A stretch of DNA of 29,733 nt from contig JANRLW010000100.1 in NCBI GenBank assembly GCA_033762295.1, positions 1 to 29,733 of the forward strand. Reading direction: 5' to 3'. Below the pieces are notes generated by a model, which worked only from the letters and a program-made list of their open reading frames with translations, made no database searches and had not been told where the DNA came from. A program made the position numbers and the translations under genes. Positions 8,954-16,851 of this stretch are shown here, piece after piece. Numbering within the stretch: position 1 is the first letter of the stretch; each line of letters starts with the position of its first letter. Origin of the DNA: Capsulimonadales bacterium (GTDB lineage Bacteria; Armatimonadota; Armatimonadia; Armatimonadales; Armatimonadaceae).

Positions 8954-9187
8954 ATGACGAAACGAATACTGCCCCTGTGCTGCCTTCCCCTCCTGTTACT
9001 GACGGTCACCGGTTGCCGGAGCGAAGGCGAAAGTCTGGCCAATGCCCCGCGCGCCGATCAGGAGAAAGCCTTCCGTGGCGATCCGTCGAAAGCGCCGGAC
9101 TCGGTCAAGCGGATGATGGCGCAGCCACCGACCGATTCCGCTCCGAATAACGCCGCGCCGAATAACGCTGCGCCGAAACAGCCGTAA
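8954..9187 (+). CDS. Small lipoprotein (77 aa)
   Basis: Strong RBS AAAGGAGA. MTKRILPLCCLPLLLLTVTG-C is a lipobox-type signal, and the C-terminus has an NNAAP repeat. Confidence 0.8.
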   Translation: MTKRILPLCCLPLLLLTVTGCRSEGESLANAPRADQEKAFRGDPSKAPDSVKRMMAQPPTDSAPNNAAPNNAAPKQP

Positions 9188-9200
9188 CCCGTCCCCTTAC

Positions 9201-9228
9201 CGCGCCGGATTTTGTTTCCTCCGGCGCG
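9201..9228 (+). terminator. Stem-loop after the lipoprotein gene (possible terminator)
   Basis: CGCGCCGGA / TCCGGCGCG 9-bp stem 14 nt after the stop. There is no clear downstream U-tract. Confidence 0.4.
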
Positions 9229-9243
9229 AATCGTCCGCCGCCC

Positions 9244-9272
9244 TTGACAAACGACCGGGCGACATCTATACT
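9244..9272 (+). promoter_or_regulatory. sigma70 promoter of the second LacI gene
   Basis: TTGACA (9244-9249), 17 bp, TATACT (9267-9272). Confidence 0.8.
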
Positions 9273-9329
9273 GCACTGAATCAGCATAGGTTCCTGCGGT
9301 TATTTTATAAATATAAAGTGTTGCCTTCG

Positions 9330-10382
9330 ATGACGATGAGTAAACCAAGGTCGGTTACGATTCAGGACGTCGCGCGGGCCTGTGGCGTCTCCCCCACCAC
9401 GGTCTCCCTGGTTCTGAACAACAGCAGTCGCCGTATCAGCGCGGAGACCCGGGAACGCGTTCTTCGCTACGTTCGGGAGACCCGATACCAGCCCAGCGCT
9501 CTGGCGCGCGGCGCGGCGGTCAAACGGCTCTCCACGATCGGCGTCCTCTCCGGGTTCGGCGGCTCTCACTATCTTCACTACTCGTACTATCTCCAGGTCC
9601 TCGGCGGCGTCATGGAGTATGCCCAGGCACGTCAGCTGAACCTTCTGGTCCTCAACGAAAACCTCTGGTCCGGGGAGATGAGCGAACTCCGACTGCATAT
9701 CGACGGACGGTGCGGCGGCCTGCTGCTGATCGGACCACGTGAAAAAAACCAACTGCTGCCCGCCCTGACCGAACGAGGCATTCCGTTCGTCGTCGTCGGC
9801 AAGGAGAAGGAGGATCAGGCATTTACCTGTGTCGATGTCGATAACCGGCAGGGCGCGAAAACGGTCACCGAGTACCTCTTACGCCAGGGCCATCGGCGCA
9901 TCGCCCTCTTTCGCGGAAGCCTTCTCGGTTTCTTCGACGATGAGCGCTACGCCGGTTACCGCGACGCCCTGAGCGAGGCGAACCTGCCCTTCGACCCGAC
10001 CCTGGTCTTCGATTCCGAACTGAGTTACAGCGAGTACGGCGGGCAGGATATGGCGCGGCAGATGCTTCGCCTGCCGCCCCGTCAGCGTCCGACCGCTATC
10101 TTCTGCGGGAGCGATCAGATCGCCTATGGCGTTCTCGATGTCTTCAGGGAACAGGGAATCCGGGTGCCGAAGGATGTTTCCCTGATCGGCTTCGATGATG
10201 AGAGAAAGGCCGCCATGACCGATCCGCCCCTGACGACGCTCCGCCAGCCGTATGAAACGATCGGCGCACGCGCCTCGCAGCTGCTGATCGAACGCATCGA
10301 AGGCGCGGAGTCCGGCGTCCAGGATTTTCTGCCCGGCGAGCTGGTCGTCCGACAGTCCGTTCGCTCGCTTACCGTCCGTTGA
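9330..10382 (+). CDS. LacI/GalR family transcriptional regulator
   Basis: HTH TIQDVARACGVSPTTVSLVLN, YQPSALAR hinge, VDVDN, GHRRIA, DVSLIGFDD, PPLTTL. The start could be ATG 9330 or 9336. Confidence 0.96.
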   Translation: MTMSKPRSVTIQDVARACGVSPTTVSLVLNNSSRRISAETRERVLRYVRETRYQPSALARGAAVKRLSTIGVLSGFGGSHYLHYSYYLQVLGGVMEYAQARQLNLLVLNENLWSGEMSELRLHIDGRCGGLLLIGPREKNQLLPALTERGIPFVVVGKEKEDQAFTCVDVDNRQGAKTVTEYLLRQGHRRIALFRGSLLGFFDDERYAGYRDALSEANLPFDPTLVFDSELSYSEYGGQDMARQMLRLPPRQRPTAIFCGSDQIAYGVLDVFREQGIRVPKDVSLIGFDDERKAAMTDPPLTTLRQPYETIGARASQLLIERIEGAESGVQDFLPGELVVRQSVRSLTVR

Positions 10383-11166
10383 TTCCACCGCCGGGTTCGA
10401 AGTATCCCGCCGCTGTCATCGTCGGAGCCACCGAATAGAGGTTATACTGCGCCGCGTGCCGGACATCGCCGCCAAACCCCTTCCCGGTCAATTCGACACC
10501 GCTGCCGCTTTGCAGGAGCAGTTCCGCAAGGTCGTTCTCCGCCGCCTGAAATGCACGTTCCGCCACCGTGGCCTCCGCCGACCGGGTCAGCGAGAAGGGC
10601 AGCGCGGCGAGGATCGCGCCCGCCCCGAGATAGTCCTCCAAAGCGAAGCGGAGTTCCCCGTCCTCGTTCGGTTCGGCCCACCGCTCGCCACAGGCAAGGA
10701 CGGTGATCGGTCGCCCGAACGCGTTCGCCGCCTCAGCAGCCCGTTCTGCCGCCGCCCCGGCATTCAGCAGTGAACCGGCAATCAGGCACGGCACCTGCTG
10801 TCCCAGGGTGGCGCAGGTGGCTCCGTTCGGGCTGGCAACCGCGACACGAAGACCCGGGGGCGCATCGAGGAACGTCAGGGGTGAAAGAGAGAAGCGCCCT
10901 TTCTCCGAACCGTTCTGCCGGCGAATCGCCGCTTCCCCTCCGTGGCGCGCCGCCAGCGCGGCGGCTTCTTCAGGCGTTCGGCAGGGAAAGACCAGGACGC
11001 CGTGCGCCGCCGCGGTGACGACCGTGCTGCAGAACGATAGTACATCGACGACCACGAGGATATCTCCCCGTTCCGCCGCGCGCCGCGCGCCCGATCGCCC
11101 CCACTCCAGTCGCACGTCCGCCCCGGCCTGCCCGAACGGGTCGGTCCTGCCACCGATGCCACTCAT
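10369..11166 (-). CDS. 2-phosphosulfolactate phosphatase (ComB)-like protein
   Basis: VVVDVLSFCSTV, SLSP, SPNG, GSLLNA, ACGERW, ALEDYLGAGA. The 3' end overlaps the convergent LacI gene by 14 bp. Confidence 0.85.
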   Translation of the reverse strand: MSGIGGRTDPFGQAGADVRLEWGRSGARRAAERGDILVVVDVLSFCSTVVTAAAHGVLVFPCRTPEEAAALAARHGGEAAIRRQNGSEKGRFSLSPLTFLDAPPGLRVAVASPNGATCATLGQQVPCLIAGSLLNAGAAAERAAEAANAFGRPITVLACGERWAEPNEDGELRFALEDYLGAGAILAALPFSLTRSAEATVAERAFQAAENDLAELLLQSGSGVELTGKGFGGDVRHAAQYNLYSVAPTMTAAGYFEPGGGINGR

Positions 11167-11176
11167 GCCGCTCCGT

Positions 11177-11934
11177 TCAAACCCGGCTGTGCCATTCCAG
11201 TCCGCCCGGCAGATCATCGACCGCCCACTCGATATGCAGGACGCGTCGATGCTCCGCCGGCCCGGCAACGGCGGAGGAGGCATGGAGCAGAAGCGGTCGC
11301 ATCAGCAGTCCGTCCCCTTTTTCCGCCGTAATGGTTTGTTCCGCCATGGTTTCCCGCGCCCGGGCGATCCCCTCATCCGAGAGTATGCCCAGACGATGCG
11401 AACCGGGAATCACTCGAAGCGGACCGCTCTCCGCCGGGCAGTCATCCAGATGCAGACGAAACGCCACCATTCGTTCCAGAATAGCGGCCGGCGGCTGCAC
11501 ATGGGCGACTCCGCCTTTGTCCGACCAGGGCCAGAACCCCGGCACGGTCCGTCGATCCAGAATCGGGATCATTCGGTCCTGATGCCAGGACAGCGACCAG
11601 TTCGCCTTGGGTGTCTTGTCGAAAAAAGGGCGCGGACGGCAAAGGCAGAGTCGCCCAGAATCGACCGGACGGTTCTTCGTATCCGGTCAGAGCAGACGAC
11701 CTCCCGTACTGCCGGCATTTCGTTCAGTAAGTTCCGCATGCCATAGACGCTGCCGGCCCGCTCGGAAACGGCGGTCGACCTTCCCTCGAAGCGGGTGAAC
11801 GCTTCGAGCAATCGATCCGTCATTTCGGTACACAGCGCCTTCGGGACCGGTTCGAATCCGGTAAGTTCAAAATCCGTTACCATTGTTATTGTCCCTGCCG
11901 TGTGTCCAATGTAACGGGCAGTGTCGTTTTTCAT
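11177..11934 (-). pseudogene. PhyH-family (phytanoyl-CoA dioxygenase-like) Fe(II)/2-oxoglutarate dioxygenase, frameshifted
   Basis: ORFs 11569-11934 and 11177-11572 join if one base is added to the A6 run at 11622-11627, giving ...VRALFFDKTPKANWSLSWHQDRMIP...RLHLDD..GPLRVIPGSH..LLHAS..RRVLHIEW (HxD...H triad). The start could be 11934 or 11883. Confidence 0.85.
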
Positions 11935-12226
11935 GATACGGATCGTACCGAGCGCCAGCCCACCGCCCCCTTCAGTATGCCGTAAATCCGTCCGAACGTA
12001 AAGGGATATCGTGTAGGGTATGCTCGCAGCGGCTTCCGTTTTCTCTGACGCTCGCTCCCGATTCCGGAAACGTCAACACGACTCCGGCCGCAACCGTACG
12101 GGCGGGCCTGCCTGGTGGCAACGGGGAAGTACGGATCGCTGATTTCCCACATGTAGCCCTCCGGAGGTTGCCTATAGCGTATATGGGTTTTATGTCTTAT
12201 AATACGTTTGTAGTTTTTGAGAGGGA

Positions 12227-12260
12227 TTTGTCCGGTTTTAGCATACCGAAACCGGACAAA
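12227..12260. promoter_or_regulatory. Inverted-repeat operator upstream of the DUF6088 gene
   Basis: TTTGTCCGGTTT-N10-AAACCGGACAAA with perfect 12-bp arms, 17 bp before the ATG. TATAAT lies at 12198-12203. Confidence 0.65.
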
Positions 12261-12277
12261 GGGATTGGTGGGGATCG

Positions 12278-12895
12278 ATGCCGAAGCCGATCAGCGAAAA
12301 AATACGGCGGCGGATACTGAAGGATGGGGAAGGTAGCATCTTCCTGGTGCGTGACTTTCTCGATTTTGGCACTCGGGAGACGGTAACGAGAATCCTTTCC
12401 CGACTGGCCGGTGAGGGGTTCATCCGTCGGTTGCAGCAGGGCGTTTACGAATATCCAAGGATAAGCAAACTGTTAGGGAAGGCGTCTCCTCCCGAACCCG
12501 GTAAGGTCGCTGAGGCTGTCGCCCGTCGCACAGGGAATCGAGTCGTTCCGACGGAAGCACAGACGGCCAATGCTCTCGGGTTGACCACACAGGTACAAGC
12601 CCGAAACATCTATTTGACGGATGGCGGAAAAAAACGTCGGGTAAGGGTACAGAACCAGACGATAGAACTACGTCCGACATCGGCCCGCTATTTTCCCAGG
12701 AACGGTAGCGAAGCCATCATCCAGGGGCTACGCTTCGTCGGCGAAGGAAATATCACCGAGGAGATGATCGAGAGGATGCAGGGCGAACTCACGAATCGTC
12801 AGAAGGCCGCTTTACGCCGGAAACTGCCGGATGCCCCCTCCTGGATGCTGCCTGCACTTCGACGTATCGTCGAGAGGAAACCCGGACCGGAATGA
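12278..12895 (+). CDS. DUF6088 family / AbiEi-like type IV antitoxin-regulator
   Basis: Winged-helix-like N-terminus IFLVRDFLDFGTRETVTRILSRL..EGFIRRLQQGVYEYP, ANALGLTTQV, YLTDG, and C-terminal APSWM. Confidence 0.8.
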   Translation: MPKPISEKIRRRILKDGEGSIFLVRDFLDFGTRETVTRILSRLAGEGFIRRLQQGVYEYPRISKLLGKASPPEPGKVAEAVARRTGNRVVPTEAQTANALGLTTQVQARNIYLTDGGKKRRVRVQNQTIELRPTSARYFPRNGSEAIIQGLRFVGEGNITEEMIERMQGELTNRQKAALRRKLPDAPSWMLPALRRIVERKPGPE

Positions 12896-13122
12896 AAGGT
12901 TATCGTTTCATTTCCGTTGAAGACCAACGACAGACGATGGCTATTGACCAAGTATCGACGATGGCTGTCGCCAGACTAAGCAAGCAAACTCAATGCGCAA
13001 ACCAACGCATAAGAAACGACAACCCTGGAACCGGACGAACGCGATGCGGGCACCCTGCACATTGTCAATACCAGTACAGCCATCCTGGCTGTACTGGCAC
13101 AACTGGAACGGGAAGCGAATGA
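12892..13122 (+). pseudogene. Probable remnant of the cognate AbiEii-like toxin (only the first ~15 codons plausible)
   Basis: ATGA overlap with the DUF6088 stop, at the position the toxin normally occupies. MKGYRFISVEDQRQT is followed by sequence with no nucleotidyltransferase motif (no GGT). Confidence 0.45.
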
Positions 13123-13367
13123 GGCCCACCGGTGACGGGAGTTCCATCCTGGTGTATCTGGTGGGAAGGGTCACTCAGGCGACACTCATTGGCACCAAAT
13201 AAAACCCCGCGAGATCGTACTATGTATCCTTGAACCCGCCGGACCGCCCGTCGAACCGACGATCCGCTCCGACCCACTTCCTGAAAAACGCAATACTCGC
13301 TCCCGGTTACACCGGACACTCCGACGATACACCGGACTTCAGGGGGCCGCTTCCCCGGATCTCTTCC

Positions 13368-15695
13368 TTACCCGGTCGGCTCTCGTTCCGACACGTTCTC
13401 CTCGGACAACACCTCGACCTGACCGTTGCTGGCCCGCATCAGGGTCTTTTCCGAGTCCTTTGACCGGGCGTAAATCTCGTATCCGCCGCCGGGTAGCCGC
13501 CGATAGGAGAGCAGACGATCCCCTTCGAACAGCCGAAGAATCCGCTGGCGGTCCTTATCGGCCATTCCCAGTTCACGAAGCGTCGTCAGGTCGAGCGTCT
13601 CGGGCAGCCCCTCCCCGGCGTCGGCGGTCATCAGCAGGGTGGCGATCGCCTGCAATCCCACCTGCGACATACCGACCGCCCGCTGATCGTTGGCACCGGA
13701 CGGTAGTTTCAGGAGGGTGTCCCCGAGACTGATCACCGGAGCGATCGTTTTCTCCTCGACCGTCGCCAGAACCGGTGGCGCTTCGGGCGGAAGTTTGTCC
13801 AGCGCCTTTTCGCCCGGTACCATCCACGGAGCGAATGCGGTCGGGGCCGCCGCAACCGGCGGCCCCCCATCGCCGGGGAACGCGACCGCCGTCCCTTCCG
13901 AAACCGGGGTTCCCGATCCGCCGGTCATCACCCGCAATCCTCCGCGCTTCGTCCCGGCGAACAGAGTTCCCCGGTTCAACGTCAAAAAGAAATGATGGCC
14001 CCGGACGATGGTCAGAGACTTCCCGACCCGAATGTCGAAGCGACGCACCTTCCGCTCCGGTTCCAGCACCCCGAGGACGCTGCCTCCGAACAGTTCCAGA
14101 TGTCGGATGGTCCCGAAATGGTAATCGAGCCGCAAAAGTCCGAGGGAGGAGTTCGCCGGCAGGAACAGGCGGTTATCGGGCATGGCGAGAGTGACACTGC
14201 TACGGTCCCCCGTGGTAATCACCGGATGGTGTTCCGCGCCCAGTCGATCTCCTGCCTTCAGCGCACGCGGTTTGCCGTTTTCGATCACCCGGACCGTTCC
14301 GGTCACCTGCCGGACGATCGCGTAGCGGAACCGGTCGCGCCAGCCGACCATCCAAAAAGCCGCCAGACCGAGCAGACCGACCAGAACCGCGCCGCGAACG
14401 AGCGGCAGGATCCGTTCTCGCTGTCGTTCCCGTTCGGCGTCCCGGCGTCGCTCCTCCTGCAGTTGCCGCCAGCGCAGGATTATGAGATCCTGATCCGAAA
14501 GACGGTAGTTTTGCAGGGTTATCTCCCGACGAACCGGGCTTTGCGGAGGCGATGCGGGTGGGGCGGCCACGGCAACGGACGCTCCGGGGGTCGGTTGCGG
14601 GTCATGAATCGCATCAGGGACGAAGACCGGCGGCGTCCGCAATTCCGGTGACGGAACCGGCATCGCACCGGCGTCCGGCTCGGGAACGGGAAATCCCGGT
14701 TCGCGGTTGTTGAGCAGGTCGCCGATCGCTTCGCCGACGGTGGCATATCGATGCTCCGGTCGACGGGCAACCATCGCGGAGACGATTTTATAGGCGGTTT
14801 GCGGACGGCGGATCAGGATTTGCGGTGGCGAATAAAGTACCCGTTGCGTGATCTCGTCCGGCGTGGAACCGGTAAACAGCGGGACACCGGTCAGCATTTC
14901 GTGAAGGATGGCCCCGACCGCGTACACATCCGAGCGACGGTCTCCGGCGGCCCCCGCCATCTGTTCCGGCGCGGCATACGGCGATCCGTATTTACTCCGG
15001 GCGTGGGCCAGACCGAAATTGATCACCTCGATATGCAGACGGGGCAGACCGTTCCCGGTTTCCGGCTGTACCAGAACGATGTTGTAAGGAGTCAGGTCGG
15101 TATGCGGCAACCCCTGCTCGCCCATCCAGTCGACGGCCAGCGCCACCTGAGTAAGGATCTCGATGATCCGGGTCATCGGCAGAACCCCCTCGCGGTTCAG
15201 CAGGTTGCGCAGGGTCACCCCTTCAAAATATTCGGTGGCGATCCAGAACAGGCCGTTCTCCTCGCCGAAGGCCAGTACCCTCTGCACCGTTTTCGGAGCG
15301 TTCGGCAGGTCCGCGATGCGCCGGTGCGCTTCCAGAAGCTCCCGAAACTGGGCTTTCGCCTCCTCCCACTCGACCGGGTCCGCTTCTTCGGGACGTGAGA
15401 ACCCCCGGATGACCGATCGCTCTCCGGTCGCCGTCTTCGTCGCGCGGTACACCTTGCCCAGAGGTCCCTGCCCGAGAAGCTCCTCCACCCGGTAACCGGC
15501 GATGATCGGATGGGCGTCCGGTTCCAGGTCGCCGCTTTGCGGTGCGGACGACTTCTTCGGGAGCGAAAACAGACTGTGGGAGTAGCGTAACAATTCCGAA
15601 TCCTCCGACGACGATTTCTTTATAATTATCGGAACCGGAAATTCGCCCCCGGTTGCGGCCAGGCTCTGTGGCCTTTCCCACTGTTCACCCGCCAT
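13368..15695 (-). CDS. Membrane-anchored Hanks-type Ser/Thr kinase-like protein (probable pseudokinase) with extracytoplasmic FecR-like domain
   Basis: Kinase fold LGQGPLGKVY, TEYFEG, HTDLTPYN, INFGLA, YAAPEQ, SDVYAVG. Then a Pro-rich linker, TM GAVLVGLLGLAAFWMVGW, and FecR-like AIVRQVTGTVRV...LKAGDRL...ITTGDRSSVTL...LPANSSL...VRG. Confidence 0.85.
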   Translation of the reverse strand: MAGEQWERPQSLAATGGEFPVPIIIKKSSSEDSELLRYSHSLFSLPKKSSAPQSGDLEPDAHPIIAGYRVEELLGQGPLGKVYRATKTATGERSVIRGFSRPEEADPVEWEEAKAQFRELLEAHRRIADLPNAPKTVQRVLAFGEENGLFWIATEYFEGVTLRNLLNREGVLPMTRIIEILTQVALAVDWMGEQGLPHTDLTPYNIVLVQPETGNGLPRLHIEVINFGLAHARSKYGSPYAAPEQMAGAAGDRRSDVYAVGAILHEMLTGVPLFTGSTPDEITQRVLYSPPQILIRRPQTAYKIVSAMVARRPEHRYATVGEAIGDLLNNREPGFPVPEPDAGAMPVPSPELRTPPVFVPDAIHDPQPTPGASVAVAAPPASPPQSPVRREITLQNYRLSDQDLIILRWRQLQEERRRDAERERQRERILPLVRGAVLVGLLGLAAFWMVGWRDRFRYAIVRQVTGTVRVIENGKPRALKAGDRLGAEHHPVITTGDRSSVTLAMPDNRLFLPANSSLGLLRLDYHFGTIRHLELFGGSVLGVLEPERKVRRFDIRVGKSLTIVRGHHFFLTLNRGTLFAGTKRGGLRVMTGGSGTPVSEGTAVAFPGDGGPPVAAAPTAFAPWMVPGEKALDKLPPEAPPVLATVEEKTIAPVISLGDTLLKLPSGANDQRAVGMSQVGLQAIATLLMTADAGEGLPETLDLTTLRELGMADKDRQRILRLFEGDRLLSYRRLPGGGYEIYARSKDSEKTLMRASNGQVEVLSEENVSEREPTG

Positions 15696-15878
15696 GCGTT
15701 TTTTCTCCTCCTCTACCCTCGTTCGCTATATGGAGGATTAATAAATGCAACAAATGAGCCAAAGGTCCTTTGACGGAGGATTCACCGCATGGGAACATTA
15801 AGGGATAAATAGCGAACAAAAAGGCGGTGCCGCCGGACGGAGCGTGGGAAGGCGAGTTCCCGGAGATCAAGGTTCAAT

Positions 15879-16745
15879 ATGTCCGCGTTTTCGTTACTGG
15901 GTTTCAAAACCGATCGACCGCAGCCGGAGCGTCATGTGTTTCCCTCCGGCCGCCATAAGATCGTGTATGAAACGGTCGGGGACGGACCGGCGTTGATTCT
16001 GATCCATGGCCTGTCCGGGTCCGGGCGATGGTGGAAACATAATCTTTCCACGCTCTCCGCGCACTTCACCTGTTACATCATCGAACTGGTCGGCTACGGT
16101 TCCAACCGGGCGTTTCGGCCCCTTCCGTTACGATCCGCCGCCGAGGCGCTCGCGCTGTTCATAGGGACGCAGACGCCGACCGGGCGGGCGCATGTGATCG
16201 GTCATTCGATGGGCGGACAGATCGCGTCGGTGCTGGCCGCCACCTACCCCGACCGGGTCGAACGTCTGGTGCTGGCCGCCGCCAGCGGTCTGCTGAAATC
16301 CGATATCGTCCGGATGGCCCTGCGTCTCCCGATCGCCGGCCACTACAGCCCGCTCGATTTTCTCCCTACTCTGGTTGGGGACGCCTTACGCGCGGGTCCG
16401 GTCAACCTGCTGCTTTCGACGCTCGATATTCTGGGCAGCGATACGACCGAGATGCTGCGGACCGTTGCCGCCCCCACTCTCCTGGTTTTCGGAGATCGCG
16501 ACAATCTCGTTCCGGTGACCGTCGGCGAGGCGATGGACCGGCTGATTCCGGATTCCCGGCTCGAAGTGATCGAGGGGGCGGGACACGTCCTGATGTGGGA
16601 CCATCCGCGCACCTTCAATCGTCTCGTCCTGGACTTTCTGCTTCCGCCACCCCCCGGTCCCCCGGACGAACCACGTGACGAACAACGTCCAGGAGACAGG
16701 CGATATAATGGACTGCCGACCGAAATGCACGGAGGAGGCGAGTAA
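15879..16745 (+). CDS. Alpha/beta fold hydrolase
   Basis: LIHGLSGS oxyanion motif, GHSMGG nucleophile elbow, GDRDNLV (Asp), GAGHV (His). Confidence 0.92.
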   Translation: MSAFSLLGFKTDRPQPERHVFPSGRHKIVYETVGDGPALILIHGLSGSGRWWKHNLSTLSAHFTCYIIELVGYGSNRAFRPLPLRSAAEALALFIGTQTPTGRAHVIGHSMGGQIASVLAATYPDRVERLVLAAASGLLKSDIVRMALRLPIAGHYSPLDFLPTLVGDALRAGPVNLLLSTLDILGSDTTEMLRTVAAPTLLVFGDRDNLVPVTVGEAMDRLIPDSRLEVIEGAGHVLMWDHPRTFNRLVLDFLLPPPPGPPDEPRDEQRPGDRRYNGLPTEMHGGGE

Positions 16746-16851
16746 CGATGCCGCCCAGGGCGCAGGGGGCCCTCCCGATTCGGTCCGCCGAACCAAACGG
16801 AACGGCGTTCGGTCCATCGGTTAAATGTTTGGTAAGGGAAGCTATAATCGC

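Noticed and set aside
9147..9176. 15-bp tandem repeat (NNAAP x2) in the lipoprotein tail
   Set aside because: It is an ordinary low-complexity coding repeat.
11935..12197. Intergenic region examined for a tRNA or riboswitch
   Set aside because: I found no cloverleaf, T-loop or recognisable aptamer consensus by eye. An Rfam/Infernal scan would be needed to exclude one.
11941..13220. GATCGTAC at 11941-11948 and 13213-13220 as a possible target-site duplication flanking the DUF6088 islet
   Set aside because: It is only 8 bp, occurs elsewhere in the window (near 7337), and there is no integrase, transposase or terminal inverted repeat.
16843..16848. TATAAT just upstream of the GlpX-like gene
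   Set aside because: It lies only 3 nt before ATG 16852 and has no good -35, so it cannot be called a promoter without TSS data.
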